DNA of 64,000 nucleotides from Verrucomicrobiales bacterium (GTDB lineage: Bacteria > Verrucomicrobiota > Verrucomicrobiia > Verrucomicrobiales > V1-33). The notes under the pieces are model-generated. The model saw only the letters and a list, made by a program, of their open reading frames with translations, searched no databases and was not told the origin of the DNA. The translations under genes were made by a program, and so were the position numbers. This document shows, one piece after another, positions 47,823-57,346 of the stretch (position 1 is the stretch's first letter; each line of letters starts with the position of its first letter). The stretch is taken from the NCBI GenBank assembly GCA_031411295.1, contig JANOAV010000161.1:15822-79821 (forward strand), read 5' to 3'.

Positions 47823-49376
47823 ATGACCAAGCAGGTCACTCTTTACGACACCACCCTCCGCGACGGCACCCAAGGCACTGGCATCAGTTTCTCGGTGGCC
47901 GATAAACTTCGTGTGGCACATAAGCTTGATGAATTTGGGATCGACTACATTGAAGGCGGTTGGCCGGGGTCCAATCCGCGGGATGAAGCGTTTTTTGCGG
48001 AGGCGGCCACCCACACGTGGAAGCATGCCAAACTGGCTGCTTTTGGAATGACGCGTCGAGGGAAACTCAAGGTGGAGGACGACGAGCAGGTGCAGAAGTT
48101 GCTCGATGCCAAGACACCCGTCGTTTGCGTGGTCGGCAAGACTTGGGCCCTGCACGTGACGGAAGTTTTCCGGGTCACGCTTGAGGAAAATTTGGCGATG
48201 ATTGCCGACACCGTGCGCTATCTGAAGAGCCACGGTCGCGAGGTGCTCTACGATGCCGAGCATTTCTTCGATAGCTTCAAGGAAGATCCCGAATACAGCC
48301 TAGCCACTATCAAAGCCGCCTCCGATGCTGGCGCCGACCTCATTGTGCTCTGCGAAACAAATGGCGGAGCGCTGCCGGAATTCGTGGGTGAAGTCACGGC
48401 CAGAGCGATTGCTCACTTGGGCAAGGGCGTCGGCATTCACACCCACAACGACGGTGGTGTGGGCGTGGCGAATGCCCTGGCTGCCGTGCGTGCAGGGGCG
48501 GTGCAAGTGCAGGGAACCATTAACGGTTATGGCGAGCGCGTGGGAAATTGTAATCTCATCACCATCGCTGCCGCCTTGCAGTTGAAAATGGACATCCCGG
48601 TGGTGGAAGACCTAGCGCAACTTCGTGAGCTGTCCCTCTTCGTTGATGAGTTGGCCAATGTGGCTCCAGATATCCGGGCGCCTTACGTCGGACGGGCCGC
48701 GTTTACTCATAAAGGCGGACTGCATGTGCATGCCGTGCAACGACTTGCCCGAACTTATGAGCACGTTCAGCCTCAGCTAGTAGGCAACGAACAAGTCATC
48801 TCCATCTCCGACATGTCCGGCCAGAGCAATATTCTGGCCAAGGCGGAGAAGCTTGGGTTCAAGTTGGATAAAGGCGATCCCAAAGCCGCCGCCATTTTGC
48901 ATGAAGTGAAGCAACTGGAAAGCGAAGGCTATGAATTCGAATCCTCCGATGCCTCCTTCGATCTCCTGATCCGTCGGCATCTGCTGGACTACGTTTCTCC
49001 GCTCCAAACGCTGGGTTATGAATGTGTCAGCGTGCACAACGTGGCGGGAAAATACGACAACTGCACCGCCACCATTAAGCTCCAAGTAGGCGATCAACAA
49101 CCCTACACCGTGGCCGATGGCGACGGTCCTGTGAACGCCCTGGATGCCGCCATGCGGAAGGCCCTGGAACCCCTCTTCCCCTCGCTGGCCAAAATGAAAC
49201 TGGTCGATTACAAAGTCCGCATCATCGACGGCCACCAAGGCACCGCCGCCAAAACCCGCGTCCATATCGAAAGCACCGACGGCTCCCGCCGCTGGAGCAC
49301 CGTGGGCGTCAGCTACAACATCATCGACGCCAGTTGGAAGGCGCTGCTAGACAGCATCGAATACAGCCTCCTGTAG
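47823..49376 (+). CDS. cimA: Citramalate synthase
   Basis: YDTTLRDGTQ, IEGGWPGSNP, DAEHFFD, HTHND, GERVGN, HKGGLH, GPVNALD. Confidence 0.92.
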   Translation: MTKQVTLYDTTLRDGTQGTGISFSVADKLRVAHKLDEFGIDYIEGGWPGSNPRDEAFFAEAATHTWKHAKLAAFGMTRRGKLKVEDDEQVQKLLDAKTPVVCVVGKTWALHVTEVFRVTLEENLAMIADTVRYLKSHGREVLYDAEHFFDSFKEDPEYSLATIKAASDAGADLIVLCETNGGALPEFVGEVTARAIAHLGKGVGIHTHNDGGVGVANALAAVRAGAVQVQGTINGYGERVGNCNLITIAAALQLKMDIPVVEDLAQLRELSLFVDELANVAPDIRAPYVGRAAFTHKGGLHVHAVQRLARTYEHVQPQLVGNEQVISISDMSGQSNILAKAEKLGFKLDKGDPKAAAILHEVKQLESEGYEFESSDASFDLLIRRHLLDYVSPLQTLGYECVSVHNVAGKYDNCTATIKLQVGDQQPYTVADGDGPVNALDAAMRKALEPLFPSLAKMKLVDYKVRIIDGHQGTAAKTRVHIESTDGSRRWSTVGVSYNIIDASWKALLDSIEYSLL

Positions 49377-49405
49377 CGGGAGCCACAGGTCATGACGCAA
49401 GCCAA

Positions 49406-49591
49406 GGTGGAGCAAGGCTGCGCCCGAGGTGGAGCGAGGCTGCGCCCGAGCCAGTCGTGATATTTTCAAGCAAGTTCAGAAAAACCTTCCCTAGTGGAGC
49501 GCGACAATAGATGTGTGAACTCCGCTAGCAGGGCGTCTGCCAACCTTCACGTTCTGGGTCACGACTGGCTCGGGCTCAGCTTCGCTCCACC
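49406..49591. repeat. REPIN (inverted REP doublet) plus extra partial REP
   Basis: GGTGGAGCGAGGCTGCGCCCGAGCCAGTCGTGA (49428-49460) is inverted at 49559-49591. A partial tandem copy lies at 49406-49428. Confidence 0.9.
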
Positions 49592-49615
49592 GCTGGAACG
49601 GAAGCTAATTCAACC

Positions 49616-50074
49616 TCAATGATGCGTTATTCCAAAGTCATGGATCCGTCCTTGGTAGGGCCAATCCTGCGCATGAGCGACAAACCCAGCCCGCACGGGA
49701 TTCTCTTGAAAATAATGCCACTTTGCCTGAAGGCTTTCATCGGATCGCAACCGATGATGCCACCCGCGCGATTGCCATTTCCAGTTGAAACTTCGATGCT
49801 TCTTCCAAAATTGGTCTTTCCAGTAAGCAATCCAGCGTTCCATCGTAAAATTTCCGGGGCCCGGGGCACATAAGCAATGAAGATGATCCGGCATCAGCAC
49901 ATAGCTCCCAACGAGCCAACCGGTTGCCTCCTGCCAGACTTCGCGCAACCACTGATGCGCTGACTCACAAGCAAGCCACGGAGCCCGACCATCTGTGGTG
50001 ACAGTAAGGAAAACAATGGTGGAGCTATCCCCATAAATGTGGACTCCAGGAGAAGGCTTGCGCGGGATACTCAT
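49616..50074 (-). mobile_element. REP-associated tyrosine transposase (RAYT, Y1/HUH)
   Basis: IVFLTVTT, YVLMPDHLH (HUH), WQ...HH.LR, Y..ENPVRAG.V....DWPY. Confidence 0.9.
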
Positions 50075-50187
50075 GGCGGAGATGCTCTCAAAAATCCTTC
50101 GTCAGACAAGTGGTTTTGTGGATTCGTGGTGCCCAGAGAACTTACTCTCGATCCATGGAGCAGTCCGAGATTGAAGGTTGCTTCCGA

Positions 50188-50351
50188 GTTGGAGCAAGGC
50201 TGCGCCCGAGCCAGTCGTGACATTTTCAAGCGAGTTCAGAAAAACCTTCCCTAGCGGAGCGCGACAATAGATGTGTGTGCTTCGCTAGCAGGGCGTCAGC
50301 TAACCTTCACGTCCTGGGTCACGACTGGCTCGGGCGCAGCCTCGCTCCACC
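50188..50351. repeat. REPIN, near-identical to 49428-49591
   Basis: Same 164-bp unit in direct orientation, 760 bp downstream. Confidence 0.9.
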
Positions 50352-50355
50352 TGTC

Positions 50356-51516
50356 CTACGAAAGTTTATCCCGATAGTCCTCGTAGCGGAATTTCCTAAC
50401 CACCTCCAAATGCTGCTGCTTTGGATCCCAGGTGCAGAGGCTTGGGTGCTTGACTCCGTTGAAAAACGTCGTCTTCACCATCGTGTAGTGCGCCTGGTCT
50501 TCGAAAATTAACGTTTGCCCGGGCTTGAGCGGGTGGTCGAAACTGTAGTGATTAATGATGTCACCCGCCAGACAGCTCAGGCCGCCTAACTTATAGGTAT
50601 GAGCCTTCTCCCCCGCCTCGCCAGCACCTCGAATGTCCGGGCGATACGGCATTTCCAGCGTATCCGGCATGTGAGCCGTGGCGCTGAGATCCACAATGGC
50701 AATTTCTCCGGCGTTCTCCGTGATGTCCACCACCGTGCCCAAGAGAATCCCCGTGCCTAACGCGATCGCCTCGCCTGGTTCCAGGTAAACTTCCACATTA
50801 TATTTGGCCCGCGTTTCCTTGATCAACCGCACCAGCAGATCGCGATCATAATCCTCCCGGGTGATGTGATGCCCCCCGCCCATGTTTAGGAAATGCAGGT
50901 CCTGCATCCACTTGCCACAACGTTTATCAAAAGCCTCCAGGGTTTGTTCCAACGCATCCGCATTCTGCTCGCACAGCGTGTGGAAATGCAACCCCGTGAG
51001 CCCTTCCAGATCTTCCTCTGTGATCGCACCGGTAAGTTGCCCCAGCCGACTCCCCGCCACACAGGGATCATACAGCGGCACCTTGCCCGTGGAGCATTCC
51101 GGATTCACCCGGATACTGACATCGATCTTCCGATCATATCCTAACACCCGTTTCCGGTGCCGCCGCCATTGGCTCACCGAGTTGAAACTAATCTTGTCCA
51201 CGATGGGCAGCAACTCATCCAAGTCTCGATCCGTAAAGCCTGGCGCATACACATGCACCTCCTTGCCGAACTCCTCATGCCCCAACCGCGCCTCCCACGG
51301 CCCGCTGGCACACACCCCGGCCAGATATTTCCGAATCAACGGAAACGTCCGCCACATCGCGAACCCCTTCAGCGCCAGCAAAATTTTACCACTACTCCGC
51401 CGCTGAATGTCCTCCAGGACCTCCAAGTTCCATTGCAAACAAGCCAGATCCACCACGAAGGAAGGACTGGGCACAGAGTGAGGGTCAAGCGTAGCGCAGG
51501 GAATAGGTTTCATCAT
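50356..51516 (-). CDS. nspC: Carboxynorspermidine/carboxyspermidine decarboxylase
   Basis: LLALKGF, GLHFHTLCEQ, NMGGGHHIT, EPGEA, CLAGD, HYTMVKTTFFNG. Confidence 0.95.
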   Translation of the reverse strand: MMKPIPCATLDPHSVPSPSFVVDLACLQWNLEVLEDIQRRSSGKILLALKGFAMWRTFPLIRKYLAGVCASGPWEARLGHEEFGKEVHVYAPGFTDRDLDELLPIVDKISFNSVSQWRRHRKRVLGYDRKIDVSIRVNPECSTGKVPLYDPCVAGSRLGQLTGAITEEDLEGLTGLHFHTLCEQNADALEQTLEAFDKRCGKWMQDLHFLNMGGGHHITREDYDRDLLVRLIKETRAKYNVEVYLEPGEAIALGTGILLGTVVDITENAGEIAIVDLSATAHMPDTLEMPYRPDIRGAGEAGEKAHTYKLGGLSCLAGDIINHYSFDHPLKPGQTLIFEDQAHYTMVKTTFFNGVKHPSLCTWDPKQQHLEVVRKFRYEDYRDKLS

Positions 51517-51522
51517 AAACAA

Positions 51523-51544
51523 GTGGCATGGGCGTCCCGCCCAT
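51523..51544 (+). repeat. Single REP-like palindrome
   Basis: GTGGC-ATGGGCG-TCC-CGCCCAT, a GTGG-headed short hairpin. Confidence 0.5.
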
Positions 51545-51670
51545 CAGCCAGAGGACTCTCAGCAGGCAAGGAAAACACCGCGCACCATAAGTTGCTGCAT
51601 GCTCCCTGCAAGCAGTCTTGGTTGGATCCAACGTGCTTTTACTTGCTAAATCGAATTAGGAAATTATGGC

Positions 51671-51910
51671 TTGAGGATGATAGTGTCCACTCCTTCGGAT
51701 TCTCCTGGTTGCAGCATTGAGCTGCGACGTGTCGCCAAGGAATACCCTGGATCCAGGATTTTCGATGACTTGAATCTAACAATTACACGAGGGCAAATCA
51801 TCGCAATTCTTGCAGCCAATGGAGCTGGTAAAACGACGCTACTTCGCGTCTTGGCTCCTGATGCAGGTGAAGTTTACCTCGCACAGGAACCACTCCAGTT
51901 TGACCGCTAG
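51671..51910 (+). pseudogene. ABC transporter ATP-binding fragment
   Basis: IELRRVAKEY...DLNLTI..GQIIAILAANGAGKTTLL, a degenerate Walker A. Ends after ~65 codons. Confidence 0.75.
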
Positions 51911-51918
51911 CCACCACT

Positions 51919-53016
51919 CTACGTCGTAACGCGCATTGGCATCAGCACGTAGAGGAATGGTGTGTTGATCTTGAGCACGCCGGGGCTGACTTCGTCGATC
52001 AGATCCAGGAAGATGGTGTCCGTGTCCAGATTGCGGAACGGGGCCATGAGGTAGTCTGGGTTGAACGCGATGGCCATGTCTGGTCCGTCGTATTTCACCG
52101 GGAGGGATTCCTGCGCTTCACCCACGTCCTGAGCGTTGACGTGGATTTCAATGTTATCCTGCGTGAAGGCCAGTTTGACGGAGTTGGTCTTGTCTTGCGC
52201 TAGTAGGGAGACCCGTTGCAGGGCCTTGAGGAAGACTTCGCGTTCCAGCGGCACGCGGTGTTTTGCCGGGCCGGGGATCACTTGCTTGTAGTTCGGATAG
52301 TTTCCTTCCACCAACTTGCTGACGATGAGGTTCCGATTCAGTTCGAAGGCAATTTGTTTGGCTCCGACCCGGAGGCGGATTTCGCCCTCATCCTTCACCA
52401 GGCTTTGGAGCTGGTTGATGCACTTGGTCGGGATAATGATGGACGTTTCCATGCTGTCCGGCACCTCGATGTCATAGTCTGCCATGGCGAGACGACGGCC
52501 ATCGGTAGCCACGAGGGTAAGCTGGTTGTCTTTGAAAATACAGTAAATCCCGTTGAGCACGAAACGCATTTCATCGGTGGAAATGGCGTAGCTGGTCTTC
52601 TTGAGGCCGTCCTTGAGAACCTTCTGGTCGATCTTGAATTCCTTGACGTCATCGAACTTGTTCGGCGGGGGGAATTCATCGGCACTGCGGCCCATGAGTT
52701 TGAAGTTCGAGTTGCCACACTTGATCGTGGCCACATTGTTTTTGTCCACCGTGACGAAGACTTCGTCCGCTGGCAATTCACGCACGATGGCGGCCAGTTT
52801 GCGCACTGGCAGCGTGGTGGCACCGCCTTCGGAAACCTCAGCTTCCACGCGACCGCTCACGAGCAGGTCCAGGTCGGTCGTGGTCAGACGCAATTCGCCT
52901 TCGTCGGCCTCAATGAGCACGTTGGACAGAATGGGCAGGGCGGCACGGCTACCCACCACGTTCTGCACCTGTTGGAGTCCTTCGAGAAAGCTGTCTTTGC
53001 GAATAGTAAATTTCAT
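51919..53016 (-). CDS. dnaN: DNA polymerase III beta sliding clamp
   Basis: LPILSNVLI, VATDGRRLA, LVEGNYPNY, IAFNPDYL, YVLMPMR. Confidence 0.98.
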   Translation of the reverse strand: MKFTIRKDSFLEGLQQVQNVVGSRAALPILSNVLIEADEGELRLTTTDLDLLVSGRVEAEVSEGGATTLPVRKLAAIVRELPADEVFVTVDKNNVATIKCGNSNFKLMGRSADEFPPPNKFDDVKEFKIDQKVLKDGLKKTSYAISTDEMRFVLNGIYCIFKDNQLTLVATDGRRLAMADYDIEVPDSMETSIIIPTKCINQLQSLVKDEGEIRLRVGAKQIAFELNRNLIVSKLVEGNYPNYKQVIPGPAKHRVPLEREVFLKALQRVSLLAQDKTNSVKLAFTQDNIEIHVNAQDVGEAQESLPVKYDGPDMAIAFNPDYLMAPFRNLDTDTIFLDLIDEVSPGVLKINTPFLYVLMPMRVTT

Positions 53017-53166
53017 AATTGGTCGAAACTAAGCCGCATTTATAACAGCGGCTCTCCCTTTGGCAACAGATAGGGTGCACCAAATTGAGGTTTTTTTCTG
53101 GGGTCAGGGTCGGGGGCTGGATCCAGCCGGACCAGAAAGGCAGAGTCTGCCGACCAACTCCAGTTA

Positions 53167-53502
53167 CTACTTTTTCTTGCCCTTGCCGAGCATATTACTG
53201 AGTTTCTTCTTGGCTTTCGGATCGTTCTTGGGCTCGGGAGCGGGCTTGTGAAGTTGAATGGCGGCAATTTCCAGATCGCTTAATTTGCCGTCCCGGTCGC
53301 GATCGAACTGTTGCAGTGATCCGGTCTTGTTCTCATCGTAGGCCTTGCGGAGCGGAGCCACCTCCTTGCCTTCGATGCGGAGGTTGTTGTTCGTGTCAAA
53401 CCGTTCCACCTGAGTGTCCTCGGTCTCTTTGGCGGAGACTGGAAGGCTGGTGAATGTGAGCAGAACGGCGGTGGTGAGGTGGCAAATTAGCGGCTGTTTC
53501 AT
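53167..53502 (-). CDS. Secreted EF-hand protein
   Basis: Signal peptide, FDTNNN and FDRDRDGKLSDLE. Confidence 0.8.
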   Translation of the reverse strand: MKQPLICHLTTAVLLTFTSLPVSAKETEDTQVERFDTNNNLRIEGKEVAPLRKAYDENKTGSLQQFDRDRDGKLSDLEIAAIQLHKPAPEPKNDPKAKKKLSNMLGKGKKK

Positions 53503-53619
53503 GAGGAATGGGTTCAGATGTTCCTAATTTCACAGCAGGTGCCACGAGGATTGAGACAGGCAGATTCGGCCGCCCCAAAGTTTTTCACGCGCAGCCTCCA
53601 GGCCGATGACGGAATTTCC

Positions 53620-54615
53620 TTAGCGAAACTCCGCCGCCGCAAACAACAGCCGGTGCAAACTCCGCGCCAATGCTTGATTCGAGACCCCCGACCCTACCGC
53701 CATCGCAAAGTCTGTGAACACCCCCTGATAATGATCCACTAATCGGCTGGACCCACGGTGGCAATGGATCGTGGTCGTTGGATCCTCATTCCAGATGAGC
53801 GTCTCCTGCGTGTGGTTCAACCGCAGCGTTTCCCCATGGGCGAAGCGGAGCAAGGTCGATTTCTGATTCGTGTCCCGGGTCCAATCCGTCATAATTTCAC
53901 CAGTGAGGCCGGACCCTCGAAATTTCACCGTGCTCCCGATCTCCTGGACCGGAAATCGCTCGTCGCGCACAAACGCAGCGGAGGTAATTTCCAGCGCCTC
54001 TGGGGTTACAAAGCGGGCCAGCACACTGAGCGCGTTGATCCCGCTGTCCAGCCAGGAACCAAGCACCGAAGGAGCCCGGGGGTGCAAATTGCCGTCCACG
54101 CAGAGGGCATCGTGAAAGGCACCAGCAAACCCCCGCACCGGTCCGCAGCGCTCAGTGATGTCTCCCAACCGAGCCGCCGCCCAGTCCGTTTCCGCTCCGC
54201 GCGACATATGAAATGCAGCCTGGCACACCACCCCGCTTTCCGCCGCCGCCAACTGCAGCGCATCGAACTGCGCCAGCGACGTCGTGGCCGGCTTTTCCAA
54301 CAACAGATGCTTCCCTGCGCCCAGGACCGCACTAGCAACCTCGAAGTGCGTGCGCGTCGGAGTCGCCACCACCACCGCATCACACGCCACCTCTGCCAGC
54401 AGTTGCTGCAGGTTCGCATAAAATTCCACTCCCGCAGGGCAGAACCCTGCGCGCAGAGGATCGGGATCGCAGACCGCCACTAGCTGGAAGGTGGCCCCCA
54501 GCGACTGCAGTGCAACCAACTGATATTCTGCGATTCTCCCCAAGCCAGCCAAGGCGAGACGGATCGGGACCAGGGAATTCACGTCGTGACAGTGGCGCGC
54601 TAATGCTCCCAGCAC
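53620..54615 (-). CDS. Gfo/Idh/MocA family oxidoreductase
   Basis: GLGRIA, AVVVATPTRTH, GKHLLLEKP. Exact start uncertain. Confidence 0.9.
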   Translation of the reverse strand: MLGALARHCHDVNSLVPIRLALAGLGRIAEYQLVALQSLGATFQLVAVCDPDPLRAGFCPAGVEFYANLQQLLAEVACDAVVVATPTRTHFEVASAVLGAGKHLLLEKPATTSLAQFDALQLAAAESGVVCQAAFHMSRGAETDWAAARLGDITERCGPVRGFAGAFHDALCVDGNLHPRAPSVLGSWLDSGINALSVLARFVTPEALEITSAAFVRDERFPVQEIGSTVKFRGSGLTGEIMTDWTRDTNQKSTLLRFAHGETLRLNHTQETLIWNEDPTTTIHCHRGSSRLVDHYQGVFTDFAMAVGSGVSNQALARSLHRLLFAAAEFR

Positions 54616-55263
54616 CTAGCGATGCTCAATCACCAGATCCTTGGCCCAGCGGACTTTGGCGAAGCTGGCGTATTTGTCATCCGCACTACGATAGCCCGCC
54701 GGACAGCAAACCACCGCGCGGAGACCTTGCTCCGGCAGACCCAGGATTTCGTCAAATTTAGCCGGCACGAAACCTTCCATCGGGCAAGTATCGACGCCCA
54801 TCAGGGCGGCAGCGGTCATGAAATTTCCCAGCGCAATGTAAACTTGCTTGGCGGCCCAATCGTCGAGTTGAGCATCCGTCATGCCTTCACAGAAGCCCAC
54901 CATCATCCCGCGGAGTTGATCGAGGGCACCCACTGGAATCCCCCGTTTGGTGGCGATGTCTTGCAAATAAGCGTCGATAAACGCGACATCAATTTTGGTG
55001 CGCGCGCAGAGCACCACGAAATGCGAAGCGTCCGCCACCTGGCGTTGACCCCAGGCGTGAGGCACGAGTTGCTCGCGTAATTCGGCATTTGTCAGCACGA
55101 GAAATTTCCATGGTTGCAGACCGAAGGAGGAAGGCGTGAGCACCAAGGCATCCTCCAAGGCGGTCCAAGTGTCTGCGGGGATTTTCTTGGAGGCGTCGAA
55201 GGCTTTGGTCGCATAGCGCCATTGGAGTTGTTCGATAACGGAGGCTGGTGAGGTAGCAGGCAT
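54616..55263 (-). CDS. NAD(P)H-dependent nitroreductase (NfsB-like)
   Basis: WRYATKAFD, TPSSFGLQPWKF, KQVYIALG, DTCPMEGF, AKVR. Confidence 0.93.
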   Translation of the reverse strand: MPATSPASVIEQLQWRYATKAFDASKKIPADTWTALEDALVLTPSSFGLQPWKFLVLTNAELREQLVPHAWGQRQVADASHFVVLCARTKIDVAFIDAYLQDIATKRGIPVGALDQLRGMMVGFCEGMTDAQLDDWAAKQVYIALGNFMTAAALMGVDTCPMEGFVPAKFDEILGLPEQGLRAVVCCPAGYRSADDKYASFAKVRWAKDLVIEHR

Positions 55264-55396
55264 GATGGAGGTGATTTTAAGGTGAGGTTGCCAAGGGCAA
55301 CGGAACGTCCTGGGCTGAAAAGTCAACTCAGTTCGCTTCTCAAACGAATCTGGAAACCAAAAAGTTGCAGCAGGATGATACCGTCCCGGGAAGCTA

Positions 55397-55480
55397 GGTC
55401 TCTGTCCAGCGATTAGCTAGGAGTCAGCCGATACCACTCGGCCCACTCCTCAACACCGGTTCTTTTACGCCGATCATGGG
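55397..55480 (-). pseudogene. Frameshifted copy of the 5' end of the small ORF at 56171-56401
   Basis: Direct repeat of 56321-56404 (e.g. GGAGTCAGCCGATACCACTCGGCCCACTCCTC is identical) with indels and stops. Confidence 0.8.
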
Positions 55481-55536
55481 GTGGGGTTTAGGTGGCTATT
55501 TCTCTTTCATCAACCCGCGTTCATTTTCTCCACCCA

Positions 55537-56280
55537 TCATTTCAGCCGCCTAAGCTGTTCCAGCTCACGCTTCAATGGTTGCCAATACGCTTGGTCTTGG
55601 AGCCGTTCACGTCGTTCTTCATCTGCCAGAGATTCCGTCAGCAATGGGATGTCCCCCACGATCGCATGATTTATCAAGGCTCGCGTCGTGGCAACCGCCT
55701 TGGCGCTATCTGGATCTGCCTGCGCTACATCACGCAGCAGTTCGGGGGTGCGCATTTCTTGGAGCCAGAAGACAATTTGTTCGGGTGATGGGGCGGCTTG
55801 ATTAGCGAAATAGTTTGCTTCCACAAGGCGACGAATCATGGGCCAATCCTTATCGCGCTGAGTCTTCTTGGCCTGGACGAGATCGGGCAGAGAAAGGAGA
55901 TCGCACAAAGTTCCATCGACCATTTCCAAAGAGGTGCGGCGTTCCCAGAGCGTGTCAAAATCCGCCACCCCTCGCATGTGCGACATCACATCCACGCGCA
56001 TGCCAGCGGCTTCAGGGTGACGGCAACGGAAGTGCACCGCGTGGCCGGCATTAAGATACTGCAACAAGAAAGGGGGCACTGCGATGACGTCTGCTTCCAG
56101 TTCCCCCATGGCATGCTGGAGCTTTTCCGCATTTTCCTCACTGGCGAGGATCGCCAGATCGGTATCGCGACTAAACTCCGCTCCGCCGTATAACACGCAA
56201 GCCTGGCCGCCCATCAGCAGGCACTGGACATGGTGCTTGCGCATCGAAGAAAGGACTTTGCGTATCGGGTTCGGGATCAA
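55537..56280 (-). CDS. Nucleotidyltransferase-fold protein (AbiEii/DUF6036-like)
   Basis: LMGGQACVLYGGAEFSRDTDL (GG...D.D), RVDVM, AKKTQRDKDW. TTG start at 56280 or 56292. Confidence 0.8.
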   Translation of the reverse strand: MIPNPIRKVLSSMRKHHVQCLLMGGQACVLYGGAEFSRDTDLAILASEENAEKLQHAMGELEADVIAVPPFLLQYLNAGHAVHFRCRHPEAAGMRVDVMSHMRGVADFDTLWERRTSLEMVDGTLCDLLSLPDLVQAKKTQRDKDWPMIRRLVEANYFANQAAPSPEQIVFWLQEMRTPELLRDVAQADPDSAKAVATTRALINHAIVGDIPLLTESLADEERRERLQDQAYWQPLKRELEQLRRLK

Positions 56281-56401
56281 GGGAGCCTCCAAGTGAGAGA
56301 TAAGTTTGCCAGAGAATCGAGGTCTCTGTCCAGCGTTGAGCCGGAGTCAGCCGATACCACTCGGCCCACTCCTCGCCCACCAGTTCTTCTGCGCTGATCA
56401 T
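56171..56401 (-). CDS. Small protein upstream of/overlapping the nucleotidyltransferase (putative antitoxin-like partner)
   Basis: MISAEELVGEEWAEWYRLTPAQRW...LW..YL..GGSLDPEPDTQSPFFD. The TP.QR motif is common in small partners of such NTases. Confidence 0.65.
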   Translation of the reverse strand: MISAEELVGEEWAEWYRLTPAQRWTETSILWQTYLSLGGSLDPEPDTQSPFFDAQAPCPVPADGRPGLRVIRRSGV

Positions 56402-56472
56402 GGGAGCACCGTAGTCGTGCATGCCCCTTTCTTCAACCCGTGATTTAACGGGGGTTCAATTCGTCTGGTCCC

Positions 56473-56772
56473 TCATGGCTCGCGGTCGCGATACCCTTCG
56501 CGAAACGCAGCGGGAGCCTGCGATAAGTTGACGAACAGAATCATGAGGCTCTTTCCAACAATGAGCGGGAAGGTGCCAATCAGCATGCCATAACCGGCCA
56601 TGACGATGGCTACTACTTGCGTTGAGAAGTCATAATCGTGCTGAATGAGGGCGGCCTCCTGCGGGGAAGCTCCTTCAGGGATGAGCGCAGGACCGCGTTT
56701 CTCCATATATTTCAACCCGCTGAGGTAGCCCCAGGTAGCCGCCACCAGCGCAAGGAACAGATAGGTTTTCAT
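56473..56772 (-). CDS. Hypothetical membrane protein
   Basis: Two to three hydrophobic segments, ~100 aa. Confidence 0.55.
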   Translation of the reverse strand: MKTYLFLALVAATWGYLSGLKYMEKRGPALIPEGASPQEAALIQHDYDFSTQVVAIVMAGYGMLIGTFPLIVGKSLMILFVNLSQAPAAFREGYRDREP

Positions 56773-57115
56773 TAAAGCAAGGGTGATCAAACTCGTTTGT
56801 GGCCCAGTAGAATCTCGGTCCAGACTTAAATCGGACAGGTCTCGCCATAGAAGCGTTCATAAAAAGCGGCTCTCCGCTCCCTCTCGGGCAATTCTGGGGA
56901 AATTGATGCCCAGACCAGTTGCTTCGCAGTAGCGGTCATCTCCATGCCCATTGGCAACCGTTGCTCTGGAGAACGCCAACCTCCTCCTCATCGACGAAAT
57001 CAACGCCCCCTTCTCCAAGCTCTTCTTCAGATTCGAGGAGGAGCAGATTTCCTGAGAGCGTTGCTGTGTGGGGTGATCCGACCATTTCCGCGACGTGCAG
57101 AGATGTTTCAAGACT

Positions 57116-57325
57116 CAACAAATCTGCTTTTGCTGGCAACAAATCTATTTGCGTGCCTCATAAAACGATTTTCTAGGCACATCATTCCGAAATCTGAGTC
57201 CTTAAATCCTATTTTCCGCCTCTCAAAAACATTTCCGCAGCCATACAAACGGATTTGTTCCGTCAGAAAAGTGATTCTGCAGGAGAATAAACGGCAGCGC
57301 CGCCTTGTAAAACGGCCTGCTCCCC
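57116..57325. repeat. Degenerate 21-bp tandem array, ~10 units
   Basis: CAACAAATCT at 57116 and 57137. A-tracts recur in the same phase at 57158, 57200, 57221, 57242, 57263, 57284 and 57305. The minus frame reads with heptad R/F periodicity. Confidence 0.65.
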
Positions 57326-57346
57326 TTTCCAGAAGGCATCGCTCGC

